A stretch of 63,731 bases of DNA, counting the filler, from Octopus bimaculoides (taxonomy: Eukaryota), in assembly GCF_001194135.2 (NCBI RefSeq). It is 6 parts of 6 records of this genome, joined end to end, with 100 filler letters (N's around TTAATTAATTAA, not from the genome) between each part and the next. Parts side by side here need not be neighbours in the genome. Positions count along the whole stretch, not along the records: positions 42,553 to 54,101 come from NC_068982.1; positions 54,202 to 61,427 come from NW_026329730.1; positions 61,528 to 63,731 come from NC_068986.1; 3 more parts are not named here. The stretch is one strand, 5' to 3'. Both the position numbers and the translations under genes were made by a program. This document shows positions 51,527 to 63,731 of the stretch, in pieces. How positions within the stretch are numbered: position 1 is the stretch's first letter; the number at the start of each line of letters is the position of its first letter. The notes under the pieces were generated by a model. That model saw nothing but the letters and a program-made list of their open reading frames with translations. It did not search any database and had not been told where the DNA came from.

Positions 51527-52381
51527 GTACTTGTAGGAAACTGTATTTCGTTATGCGACCGTAATACTCTATCAAGTATATTAAAGGCTTTATAATTCAC
51601 TACTTTGTCTTACTGTGTTAGCCGTGCAAATGAATCACTTTAATAAGGTATCTCTACAGATTTTCTATAGAAATTATAACCGGCCCTGACTTATTACGAC
51701 GTTTCGCATCCGAATATTTCTAATGTAAACAATTCAAACGAAAATGGAAACAGTACGTTGTGGGTGTATATATATATCTCAGGAGTTCTTTCTTCTTCTT
51801 TAGTATCACATCCAACCTATTAACCACCCACGAACTCACTGCTTAAATAGCCACTAAATACAGCGGTGTAACACAACTGGATATGCGAATTTTGATTATT
51901 AAATACGTTCCTTGAAGCTTGTACGTACATATTAATTACTTGTAGTGACGCTGTGTTTCGTTATGCGACCGTAATATACCATCAAGTATATAAAGGCTTT
52001 ATAAAACAATACTGTGTTCTACCGTGATACCAGTGCCATTAAATCACATTTTAAGGTTGGTACTGAAGAAAGAGCAAGAACTCCTGAAATATGCATGTAC
52101 ACACATAACCTATTTTCTACACCTTTGATTGCCTTGTTTACATTAGGTGTCGTCAGGGGAAGAATTTGATGGAAAGGAGCTACATTCCAATGTTTTGCTA
52201 AGATACTAGACTCAGATATGTGCGATTTTGCATCCAACGTATTTAAAAAAGAAACATTACTTATGTACATGTATATGCAAATTTGTTTAATGCATTTGTG
52301 CGCGTGCGTATGTAATATGTTGAAAAAAAAGAAGTAGCTGTTTCGATACGATATCTATACTAGAAACTAAAAATATCAAAT

Positions 52382-52440
<59 letters not shown>

Positions 52441-52443
<3 letters not shown>

Positions 52444-52565
52444 GACGGATTTCTTTCAGTTTCCGTCTACCAAATCTACTTGCAAAAATTTGGTCGGCCC
52501 GAGACAATAGTAGAAGACACTTGCCCATGGTGCCACGCAGTGGGACTGAACCCGGAACCGTGTGG
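52441..52565 (-). mobile_element. Family D SINE head/CORE fragment
   Basis: TTGGTCGGCCCGAG...GAAGACACTTGCCCATGGTGCCACGCAGTGGGACTGAACCCGG. Confidence 0.85.
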
Positions 52566-52681
52566 TGTGTATATATATATATGTACATACCTGCATAGAC
52601 AGACAGACACAGACAGATATATAGGTAGGTAGGTAGGTAGGTAGGTAGATAGGTAGGTAGGTAGGGAGGTAGGGAGGTAGG

Positions 52682-52725
<44 letters not shown>

Positions 52726-52740
52726 GAGACAGACAGACAA

Positions 52741-52774
<34 letters not shown>

Positions 52775-53057
52775 GGACGGAAATTCCCTTTATATGCATT
52801 GCGCAATTATCTTTACGTACGTATTGAAGACATTCGAAATGTCATTACTTGGTTATACTATACGCCTTTATGCCAGTACAAGATAAGCCAGTCCTAACTC
52901 CCATTCACACAGATACTATTATAAGGGTTTGGCTTGTTTGTTCTATTCGGGTCAAGTCGGAAATCCTGGTAACGCGCATCGTTTCTAAGCATAACGCAAA
53001 ATACATGACACACGTGTATACACCCACAAACATACATACATACATACATGCATACAC

Positions 53058-53132
<75 letters not shown>

Positions 53133-53400
53133 CTCCCACACTCACCCACGCACACACCCACTGATATTGTGCTTTTTAATCTACATATCTAGAGTTGGAG
53201 TCTATAACGAGTAAGACACAGAGGTATTGCAATAAAAATGCCAATAAGTATTTAATGACTTTTAAAATAGACTTTCATTGGCACAAACTTATCTTCAATA
53301 ATGGCTGTCATAAATTTCTCTTTTCCAGTGTAACGAAAGGATGCGTGTGTGTATATTTGTAAGTGTGCGTACACTTATTCGCAACAACATACACGATAAT

Positions 53401-53528
<128 letters not shown>

Positions 53529-53626
53529 GCGTATACATATATGTGTGTGTGTATATGCATATATATATATGTATATATGTATGTATGTGTGTGTATAAAT
53601 ATATATATATATACACACACACACAA

Positions 53627-53666
<40 letters not shown>

Positions 53667-54069
53667 TACTCTTTATTCTATTTTACTATTTTATTCCTTA
53701 CAAACTGTGAATTTTATTCCTTGTAAACTGTAAAATTTTCCCCGTCTAAAAAATTCATATTTTGTCTCTGATGACGGTCTACTCTGTCCATGGACATGAT
53801 AACCAACCACTTGGGCTATCCCAGAAACAGCTGTAAGACTTCAAATTCACCTTACCCTAATTTAAATACTCTAAATGACTTGAAATACTCGTTCTGCCTT
53901 GGTTTTGATTTTACCTTTAATATAATATATACATGCTATAACGGGACCCTAACACGGAAAACTATATCCAGTCTTAGGTGTGATCTTGGAACCTAATGGT
54001 CGACCAACTATGACACTTACCCAGCATATGTATTCGTTTAGATCACAAGTGAACTAAACCCCTCATATT

Positions 54070-54101
<32 letters not shown>

Positions 54102-54201
54102 NNNNNNNNNNNNNNNNNNNNNNNNNNNNNNNNNNNNNNNNNNNNTTAATTAATTAANNNNNNNNNNNNNNNNNNNNNNNNNNNNNNNNNNNNNNNNNNN
54201 N

Positions 54202-56242
54202 GCATGTCGGCGAGACGGTACTTCCGTACCTTGACAGCTTGTCACGAACAGTTAACGTCGCACGGAAGCACTGCCAAGCTAGGGATTTCTAGTAATTATC
54301 CAGATACCCCGGCCCGAACGTTCTCCTGAACAGGTTGACCAACTGAGTTTCATCGTAACCAAGGCGTCTTCTGACATAGATTCCACTAACCCGCTATAGA
54401 AATCCGCGGTGGAACTCTTGCCGCCGGCATTGCCCAACCGAGAGAGTAGCTGGAGCGCCTGACGACACTCTAAATGCCAGTCTCTCACCTTAGGCCTCCG
54501 CATGATCCATGCACCAATGTCCGTTCAGGACATTAACTGGGGAAGGTAGAACCGAACGTGCGGTGACCACGTATAAGGTACATATAAGGTGGAGATTGTC
54601 GTAGATTAACCTGCCCGGGATAGCGCTTCCCCGACAAGTCCGACCACGACCCGCGCCAACCTTTTTGATAGCACCTTGGCCAAAATCTTTTAACTCTGTG
54701 TTTAGTAGAGCTATGGGCCTAAAGTTCCCTATCTCATCCCCCTTGCTCGGGTCCTTTCTGATCAACGTCACCCCCTCCCCGGCTCGCAGACTTGGGAATT
54801 CTCCCATTCTGCTGCCAGTTGGCGTAAACGCTGGCCAGTAGGTGCCCGAACAAGTCTGGCATACTTCTATAGAATTCATAGGGCAGACCAACGGGACCCA
54901 GCGACTTCTCCCGGGGCACTCGCCCACCACCTCGATTACTTCCTCGGCTGTGATTGGCCCTTCACAGCACTCAGCCTCTCGTGCCGGGAGACGCGGGCCA
55001 CCAGACAGGGAGTCCCTAAGGGCCTCACCATGATCCAGCGTCCCGCCCCTCCCGAACAACTCAGCAAAGTGCTTGTAAAGCGCCTCACACATCTCGTCCC
55101 TTCCTTTGACCGAACGTCCGTTTTCGTCGACGAAAGATCTAATTGTGGCATCGTTGCCATGCTGGGTTTCTACCGTACGGGCCCATCCGGCAGCATTAAT
55201 TCCCTCACGGCCCAATGCTCGCATTTTAGCCCGAACTCTGCACCCCTCATGTTTGGCTTTGAGGTGACAGTCCAATGCCGTTCTCACTGCCAGAATGTGA
55301 GCTGCAGAGCCCAACCTCAATGCCTCTTCTAAGTCCTTCTAGTTTCCCTTCAATTCTTGCCTTATCTAGATATCTTAGCTGTTGACTAAACCTAATGGAC
55401 TCAAATCGAATGGCTCTCTTGAAGGCGAACCGTCAACGGTTATTAACCACGGCGTCGGTTAACGCCCTCTGTACTAACTCCTTAATCCGGCTACGGTATG
55501 CCTCGCAAGTCAAAATAGACTTATTAAGCTTCCAGTAGCCGGATCCTCTCTTAACTGTACTATTTATGTCCAGTCTACACTTAACCATTCTATGGTCAGT
55601 GTAGGCTACTTGGACAATCCGTGGACGGCTAAAACTAGTCTTATCTATAGTTCTTATCATTATCTAATTAAAACTTGAGCTTTCCGGCGCCACTAATCCA
55701 GGTCCACTCTGGGACGTCCGGAAAGTCAAGCCTGTAATGATCTGCCAGCAGAAAGCGCTTAGGCAGATCCACGAGACGTGAGTTCGCTTTCCTACCGGTT
55801 GCGCCAATACTATTGATGCGTGTGTCAACAATAGCGTTAAAGTCTCCTAACACTACTAATGTCTTCGACGTCACGAGAAAGTTCTCCAGGCGCCGATAAA
55901 AATCAGTTTGGAATCCTCTAGCACAAGGTGCACAGAGTCCGATCAACCTGAAGACCTTACGACCAGCCCGCCTTTAGGGTCTACATAGACCGTACTAGTC
56001 TGCAGATCCAAGCCTTTACGGACCAGTACCACTACACTCCTTCGTCCTCCGGTCTGGCCAGGAGACATGATTTTCGCATAGCCATTAAGGAGGGGTGAGA
56101 AGGTTTATAGACTGTCCAGCTTGGTCACAGTAGCAACCATCACATGTATATCGTGTGATCTGAGGTCGTCTAGGAAACAAGTTTGCTTCCACTTCGAACT
56201 CAGACCACGCACATTCAGAAAACCAAGGTTAAGTGCAGCCAC
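54202..56242 (-). pseudogene. Tx1-type ORF2 (APE endonuclease plus partial RT), frameshifted
   Basis: LNLGFLNVRGL, VVLGDFNA, WTW, TDH, GSGYWKLN, GLPYEFY, GNFRPIALLNTELK, DNLHL, then KSLAWQCFR...VRDKL. Confidence 0.9.
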
Positions 56243-56553
56243 AACTTAAAAAGTAGAGGTTCTACTTACCCTTCACGGGCGACATTGGGGCTGACTTCAC
56301 CACCCGTGCTTGAATAGGGTTTCCCCTATCCAGGCACACCTCTTCGGACAGTCTTTGTGCTTCGAGAAAAGCTTGGCGATGTTGTGGTTCACTATTATTT
56401 CGTCTGTGTATTTGTTTCTGGTGTCAAATTCCACCAACACCTTAATGTCACAGTCATCTTTTTCTTTTTTTCCGGGGACAAGTGGTCGGGTTTTTTTATA
56501 ATTCGCTGTGTGTTCTCATTTGTTTTTGTGGGTGTGAGTTTGTTTACGAACTA

Positions 56554-57492
56554 CTACGTACTCCCCCTCGACCACCTCCATGGTGTCGTCCGAGGGAGCT
56601 GTACTTTTTCCATCAGGTGCCAACAAGGGGGTGGGTATTTTTTTACTTGTGTCGGGGTTTGTGTATGCAGGGATTGGGTTTTTGTGGTGTTATGTTTAGG
56701 GGCCGGCACCGCAGTTGGGGGAGTGGGAATTTTTACTTGTGTGGGCTCTGGTATATGCGTAGATTTGGGGACTATTTTGGGGTTTTCTGAAGGGCCTGGC
56801 GTCTGCGCCATTTTTTCCATCTTTTCTTTTTCTTTTTGATTCCTTGTTTCGCAGTCCACGCGAATGTGGCCCTTTCCCCCACACTTATAGCAGGTGGGTG
56901 TTCTTCCTTCTACCTGCACTCTAAGGGCCACATTCTCGCCTACGAGCACCCTTTTGGAAAGCTCCTGAAGGTCTTCCTGCGTCCCCTGTACAATTGCTGT
57001 AATGCTTCGCCCGCACCAATTCAGGGGGGTGGGAGAGCATGTAATTTGCAAGAATTTTATACGGTCCGTCCTGTTAAACAGCAGAGCGGCCATCACCTCC
57101 TTAGTGTCAACCTCCGGTGGTACTTCTGTCACCTTCACACGGGAAATCCGCCTTCCCATGTATGTTGGCAGAAGTACCACTTTTGTTTTCAGGGGACACA
57201 CGGAATGCCCGTGGGCCACCTCTTCACTAGAAAAACGGACCTCAACTGCACCGTATGCCCATCCCCTTGCAATATAGGCTACGTATTTCTCGAAGTGTTT
57301 AAACCTTCTGTTTTGTGGGCAGAAGGATTTAAACACTACGGTCCGTTTTTCTGTGTCGACCACACTGGAGGAGGGTGATATTTTAACGTCACCGCCATCC
57401 TCTTTCATTCTTTTAAATAAACCTTCCAGTTGATCGAGAGGAATGTCGATATTTTCGGTTGCAACCGCGGCAACCACCGAAAACTTTTTCAC
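56554..57492 (-). pseudogene. Tx1-type ORF1 (nucleic-acid-binding protein with zinc knuckle)
   Basis: 312-codon open frame containing CYKCGGKGHIRVDC; begins at GTG. Confidence 0.85.
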
Positions 57493-57694
57493 ATTTTCTT
57501 GCTTACTCTCTACGAGAGTACACCTCTCATGTATAATTTCAACCGAAATTCTTCGGTTGAAATTAATTTCACAAGTAAATTACACAAATTAAATAGTTTC
57601 CCGCAAAATTGGAAAATAAAAAAATTTCCTCTTGAAGAGGACAACAGTTCACTAACAAAGTTCAAATCCCACCCCCGTTAGGGAGAGAGGCACA

Positions 57695-57955
57695 AAAATG
57701 CACTGAGACTAGTTAAAATATTTTTTTATTATTATATTTAAAGATTTAACCGGTTTCACATTTTACAGATTTTCAAAATGTTGAAATAGAATGGCGTAAC
57801 TTGTGTTGCAGCTGTTTTGATTCTGACTATAAAAATAAGGCAATTTTCAGGCACTAATCAGAAGCAAAACAAAAGAAAATCAGTTTAAACTGTGAAACCG
57901 GTTAAAACTTTAAATATAATAATAAAAATTATTTTATCTATTCTCAGTGCATTTT
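57695..57955. mobile_element. ~260-bp foldback/MITE-like element with ~65-bp inverted arms
   Basis: 57695-57760 matches the reverse complement of 57891-57955 with about 4 mismatches and 1 indel. Confidence 0.75.
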
Positions 57956-57977
57956 CAACTTCTAGTTTTCCAATATA

Positions 57978-58032
<55 letters not shown>

Positions 58033-58051
58033 NNNNNNNNNNNNNNNNNNN

Positions 58052-58115
<64 letters not shown>

Positions 58116-58225
58116 GATATATATATTTCCATATACGAGTGGGTAAAAAAGGTTCCTGAACTTTCCCAAGGTGCCACGCAGTGTGACTGGGAAGCTAGCT
58201 TCTTACCACATACCCACTCCTGCGC

Positions 58226-58282
<57 letters not shown>

Positions 58283-58690
58283 CATTTACTGGTTTCAGTC
58301 AGAGGCTGGGGCTATACTGGAGTACCACCTTTTCGTGTTTTTCGTTCTCCTTTCGGTTCTGTTTTTATTGAAGAAGCGAGTTGGACGGAGCTGCTCTTCT
58401 TGGTGCCTTCTGACGTGATGTGGATTCATCTGGGATTTCAGATAGAAATGTGTCCAGGTGCTTTTTGAATGCTTCCATATATACGCTTTGCAAATCTCTG
58501 AGGTTCCTTGACAGGATGTTAAATAGTTGTGACCCCCTGAAACCCAAGCTGTTGCTATACTGGACCCTTGTCTGAGATGAAGGAGGCGGTGTCTTTTATA
58601 TTATGCAGTGCCATCCGGTTTGGTGGTTAGCATAGCTTTTAATTCCAAAGCTTTGAGCAAAACCTTCCAGGATCTTCCATTTATATATAC
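58283..58690 (-). mobile_element. 3' end of a second CR1-group LINE with tail
   Basis: WKILEG...LGFRGSQLFNILSRNLRDL...FKKHLDTFLSEIPDE...RAAPSNSLLQ*, then AAGGTGGTACTCCAGTATAGCC...TGACTGAAACCAGTAAA. Confidence 0.8.
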
Positions 58691-58968
58691 ATATATATAT
58701 ATATATCACTGCATATCTTTCTCGCCTTCTCTCTTGGGAATAGAGACTCCTCAGTATACATACATACATACATACATACATACATACCAGCTAATGAAAC
58801 ACACTTTCCATTCAATTGTATCCTTCTTATTTTTATACTGGGTCAATGACAAAAGGGCTGAGAGATTTTCCAACATTTCGTGACTACTTGATCACCGAAA
58901 TCAGGCAAACATGGAATTTTCTATCTAGTAATACTCGCATGCATTCGTGTGATAGTTGTGCACGAGCA

Positions 58969-59135
<167 letters not shown>

Positions 59136-59753
59136 ATTTTAAATATCGTCACATATACTCACAGACACGTAATAATACTTTGCATGTGTATATTGCTAAA
59201 TCTTCATGTATCCACTTAAAAAACAAATTGATACATCCGTGTGTGATTTCATTCTGTGTAATCGTATTATGTTGCAGTATAGAAAACACTTACTAAGTAG
59301 GTGTGGCCGTTGTTTCTCTTAGACGGGACAAAAATTCTAAGTGTTTCTACTGTCCATTTCATTTCCGGATATCATTGTTGAAAATAGAAATATTAATATT
59401 CTAAGTTTCCCTGTTATCTACAGTCACGTTTCAGGGTTTGTTGAAAGCATAATTAATCAGAAACAGTCAGATTCGGTTACACTCTTCGAAGCAGAAGGCC
59501 TGAACAAAATGTCTGCTGAAAATTTGATAATTTTTTACACTGGAATATTATTGATGCTTTCAATCGAACAGATTTTTACGAGTATGTTAGCAATTCTTGT
59601 TTCTGTTTTTAAAATGTCATTCTTTCTTTCTGTCTATTTACTATCTCCCCATATGTTAATTACATGTTTTAGCGGCAATTAATGTACATCCTAATTACTT
59701 CATAATGTATTTTTCATGCTTCATGTTTTCTATGAGACGTTTCCACTCTCCGT

Positions 59754-59811
<58 letters not shown>

Positions 59812-60399
59812 NNNNNNNNNNNNNNNNNNNNNNNNNNNNNNNNNNNNNNNNNNNNNNNNNNNNNNNNNNNNNNNNNNNNNNNNNNNNNNNNNNNNNNNNN
59901 NNNNNNNNNNNNNNNNNNNNNNNNNNNNNNNNNNNNNNNNNNNNNNNNNNNNNNNNNNNNNNNNNNNNNNNNNNNNNNNNNNNNNNNNNNNNNNNNNNNN
60001 NNNNNNNNNNNNNNNNNNNNNNNNNNNNTATATATATATATACACATACATATAAATATATATATATATATGAATACACACAAACATACAAACACACACA
60101 CACACAAACACAAACACACACATGTTGTTGCAGACATATATATATGTGTTTAAAATCTTCGCTTCTTAATACTAGAAAGATCGGACTTTTCACCTACCTT
60201 TAAGGATCAGAATGCGTCAATTGACACAAAGATATTTTTCAATTTGAAAGGAAAGGAAGAAAAGGAGAGATAGAAAATATTTATTAAATGCATAAATCTA
60301 TTGAGTCTTAAGATTTCATAATGATATTTGTTTCAATAGTTTGATATTTTGAAAGAAATCTATCCTTACAAAATGAAAAGAAATTTATTGAAATTTTAA

Positions 60400-61210
60400 A
60401 CCTTCATCGCAACATTTTAATGCACATTTGCCACACAGAAGTATTTTACAGACTCCCCACATTTTTGTGGTTCTGTTTCGGCATTTTGCTTTCACACATG
60501 TATATCTGTTATTATTTCTAGAGATAAATGTTTCCTAAGTTGGACGTATGAAAGCACATGAACGACCGTGAGGCGAATCACCACAAAGTTCTTTAGCAAA
60601 CTTTTTGAATATATTCCCTTCGACTAACGACTGCGATGCAAACTCAGCTGTTTATAAGAACAACATCGAAAATAATATTAAAACGTGTGTTGGCCATCGT
60701 CTACTGGAAATATTAGTCACTTTTCATGCATTCTAGAGATAGGCAAATAGGAAATAATAGTTATACCCAAAGATAAGAGTTGTCTTACACAATGTAATAA
60801 ATAGTATGTTTGCGTGTATTGAATGAATAAAGCTTTGCCATTTGGTCAAGCACGTCTACGCCTACCTTACTTTTGTTATAAAAGGGTATGGTGTCAGGCT
60901 TCTTCTTGAGGTTATCTTCACAAAGGATTTAGTAGGCTTTTCTGTGGATTTCAAAATTACAGTTTCATGGACTAGTTTCATCTGTTCTACTGCTTCTAGT
61001 AATTTCCTTCTGTCCTGACGTATTGTTCCCACTAAACTGCAGTTTTGTTTTCCTGCAAAGAAAGATCTAAGGAGGAGAGATGATTGTCTCATGTGAAATT
61101 GTAGCATTTTTTTTAACAGAGATGTCGTTAGTTTTAGCACTACATTCGTAGGCACACTAACATTGTCACTTCTGCCGTATATACGATTTTGCTTTTCAGT
61201 AAATATTAAA
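60400..61210 (-). mobile_element. Decayed piggyBac transposase 3' half
   Basis: CYNFT*DN, CSLVGTIRQDRR, KKKPDTIPFYNKSKVGVDVLDQMAK, SRRWP, and a Cys-rich C-terminal remnant (KCRNRT...LCGKC). Confidence 0.85.
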
Positions 61211-61254
61211 TCAACTGTAATAGATTTCTAAGGATACAAGTGTTGGATAAGATT

Positions 61255-61397
61255 CCATCTACCAAATCCACTCACAAGGCTTTGATTAGCCCGAGGCTAT
61301 TGTAGAAGACACTTTCCAAGCTGCCGCGCAGTGGGACTGAACCCGGAATCATGTGATGGGGAAGCAAGCTTCTTACTACACAGCCACTCCTGCGCCT
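61255..61397 (-). mobile_element. Family D SINE head/CORE
   Basis: Minus strand starts AGGCGCAGGAGTGGCTGTGTAGTAAGAAGCTTGC...CGGGTTCAGTCCC. Confidence 0.85.
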
Positions 61398-61790
61398 ATA
61401 TACATATATATATATACATATATATATNNNNNNNNNNNNNNNNNNNNNNNNNNNNNNNNNNNNNNNNNNNNTTAATTAATTAANNNNNNNNNNNNNNNNN
61501 NNNNNNNNNNNNNNNNNNNNNNNNNNNATATATATATATATATACATATACCTATGCACTACATATGTGTGTATAAAGACAGTTATGTATGCATATGAGG
61601 CTAATTTTTTCAAAAGAATTCTTATTTAACCCATACACTTCTTTAGGTTCAAGAATTCTACCACCATGTTCCAGTCTCTCTGACAAAGCTAATAATCGGT
61701 GTAAGCTCGAAATCATTTTCAACATTTTCAGTCTATGTATGGTATGTTATGGTATGTATGTATGTATGTATGTATGTATGTATGTATGTT

Positions 61791-61822
<32 letters not shown>

Positions 61823-61873
61823 TGTTTATATGTATGTATGTATGTATGTATGCATGCATATATGTATGTATGA

Positions 61874-61906
<33 letters not shown>

Positions 61907-63177
61907 GCTAGCTAGCTAGCTATCGATTGTTAGATAGTAAGCTAACATACTATCTAACAAACTATTTTTTTATCGATACATCTTTCTACCTATTTATCTG
62001 TCCATCTATATATATATAGGTATGCAGGACTACCTATACGTATGTATATATTTATGCATGTGTGTGTATGTGTGTATCTTTATAAGTGCGTATCTACATG
62101 CATAGCGAATCCATGCATGTATGCTGTTTCAGTTCTTTACTTAGTAACCATTTCCTTCACTGATACCCTACCAACACCCACTTTACTCTCCACCATTCTT
62201 CTCACACACAGTAAACATACTCCCGTATATCACGCGAGTGGCATGAGCTATCTGTGGGAAGTATTTAAGCATTTATTCAAGTTGAGTCACATGTGACTTA
62301 TACATTTACTCACAAAGACATAAACACATAAGAAATTCCTATGAATGGACACAACATACACCGAAATTATCATGATGACATAATGTTGATCAAACCTTAC
62401 CACTAAAAAGTTCGACCTGATGTAATTCCTTTTCTATATCTAACTTACAATATTTTTTTCTTCCTCCTGCCCTATTCTCTCTTTTGCTATAAATGTTAAA
62501 GGCATTTATACTTAACATCTTATTATTCATTTTTCTTCATTATTTTAACCATCTTCTATTCCTTAATAAATAAATAAATAAAAAAAAGAACGGAATAATA
62601 TTGAGTAAAGTATAATATAAAATACAAAAGGCCTAACANNNNNNNNNNNNNNNNNNNNNNNNNNNNNNNNNNNNNNNNNNNNNNNNNNNNNNNNNNNNNN
62701 NNNNNNNNNNNNNNNNNNNNNNNNNNNNNNNNNNNNNNNNNNNNNNNNNNNNNNNNNNNNNNNNNNNNNNNNNNNNNNNNNNNNNNNNNNNNNNNNNNNN
62801 NNNNNNNNNNNNNNNNNNNNNNNNNNNNNNNNNNNNNNNNNNNNNNNNNNNNNNNNNNNNNNNNNNNNNNNNNNNNNNNNNNNNNNNNNNNNNNNNNNNN
62901 NNNNNNNNNNNNNNNNNNNNNNNNNNNNNNNNNNNNNNNNNNNNNNNNNNNNNNNNNNNNNNNNNNNNNNNNNNNNNNNNNNNNNNNNNNNNNNNNNNNN
63001 NNNNNNNNNNNNNNNNNNNNNNNNNNNNNNNNNNNNNNNNNNNNNNNNNNNNNNNNNNNNNNNNNNNNNNNNNNNNNNNNNNNNNNNNNNNNNNNNNNNN
63101 NNNNNNNNNNNNNNNNNNNNNNNNNNNNNNNNNNNNNNNNNNNNNNNNNNNNNNNNNNNNNNNNNNNNNNNNNNNNN

Positions 63178-63214
<37 letters not shown>

Positions 63215-63685
63215 AATATATATATATGCATACTTATATTTGCATCATACATACGTATGAACATACACGCACACACACGCAATGAAAAAAAAATGGAATG
63301 AAATGTAACTATACCAACAAGAACAAGAACAACGACTACAATTACAAACAGCTGCAACAACACACAACTACTACAACAACAAAAGGTATATGTCGAGATA
63401 TTTACCTTGTAATACAATAATATATCAAGGAGATGCTATAGAAAATAAGGTATGGAAGATCATAATGAAAATACAATACACATGAAAATATATACGTACA
63501 TGAGTGTATACACACACACACACATATAGCTTTCAATTGCTGTTGTAATGACAAATACACACACATATATTTATGCATGCAATATATGGAGATATATGTA
63601 AATACATCTACATATATATGTGTGTCATATGTACATTAATATTTATATATAAATACATTATTAATGATGATAGATATATATAAAC

Positions 63686-63731
<46 letters not shown>

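Larger units (their letters stand above)
54202..57694 (-). mobile_element. Near full-length, internally deleted L1/Tx1-clade LINE; 3' end lost in a linker gap
   Basis: GC-rich relative to host; gag-like ORF1 with CCHC; ORF2 has APE motifs and N-terminal RT motifs, then jumps to the C-terminal region. The 5' boundary is approximate. Confidence 0.9.

Noticed and set aside
53768-53796. CTGATGA-C-GGTCTA...TGGAC hammerhead 5' half (similar partial hits at 22388-22415 and ~58745)
   Set aside because: GAAA and the cleavage arm, or stem II, are missing; these may be relics but cannot be supported.

Overview
AT-rich, microsatellite-dense eukaryotic DNA from a gapped draft assembly. The SINE and repeat landscape looks like an octopod cephalopod (inference, not verified). 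The only host gene I can support is one large minus-strand coding exon (about 1606-2436) of a big-brain (Bib)-like aquaporin covering TM1 to TM3 and ending at a GTAAGT donor. The rest of the gene lies off the left edge, so the remaining ~60 kb is upstream or 5'-intronic. That region is filled with decayed mobile elements: R4/Dong-type REL LINE fragments, two L1/Tx1-clade LINEs, two CR1-group LINE 3' ends, mariner and piggyBac fragments, several MITEs, and many tRNA-derived SINEs built from interchangeable head and tail modules. Best leads: (1) four unrelated minimal type-I hammerhead ribozyme motifs with palindromic stem III, as in Penelope-like elements; (2) a 3' tail shared by CR1-group LINE ends and two SINE families; (3) an inverted R4-type LINE pair linked by a 20-nt templated insertion; (4) unusual Bib features (55-aa loop A, NPV box, unresolved start). 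All calls were made by eye; no database searches or folding computations were run. Repeat boundaries are approximate, and five 100-bp artificial linker gaps make adjacency across them unreliable.
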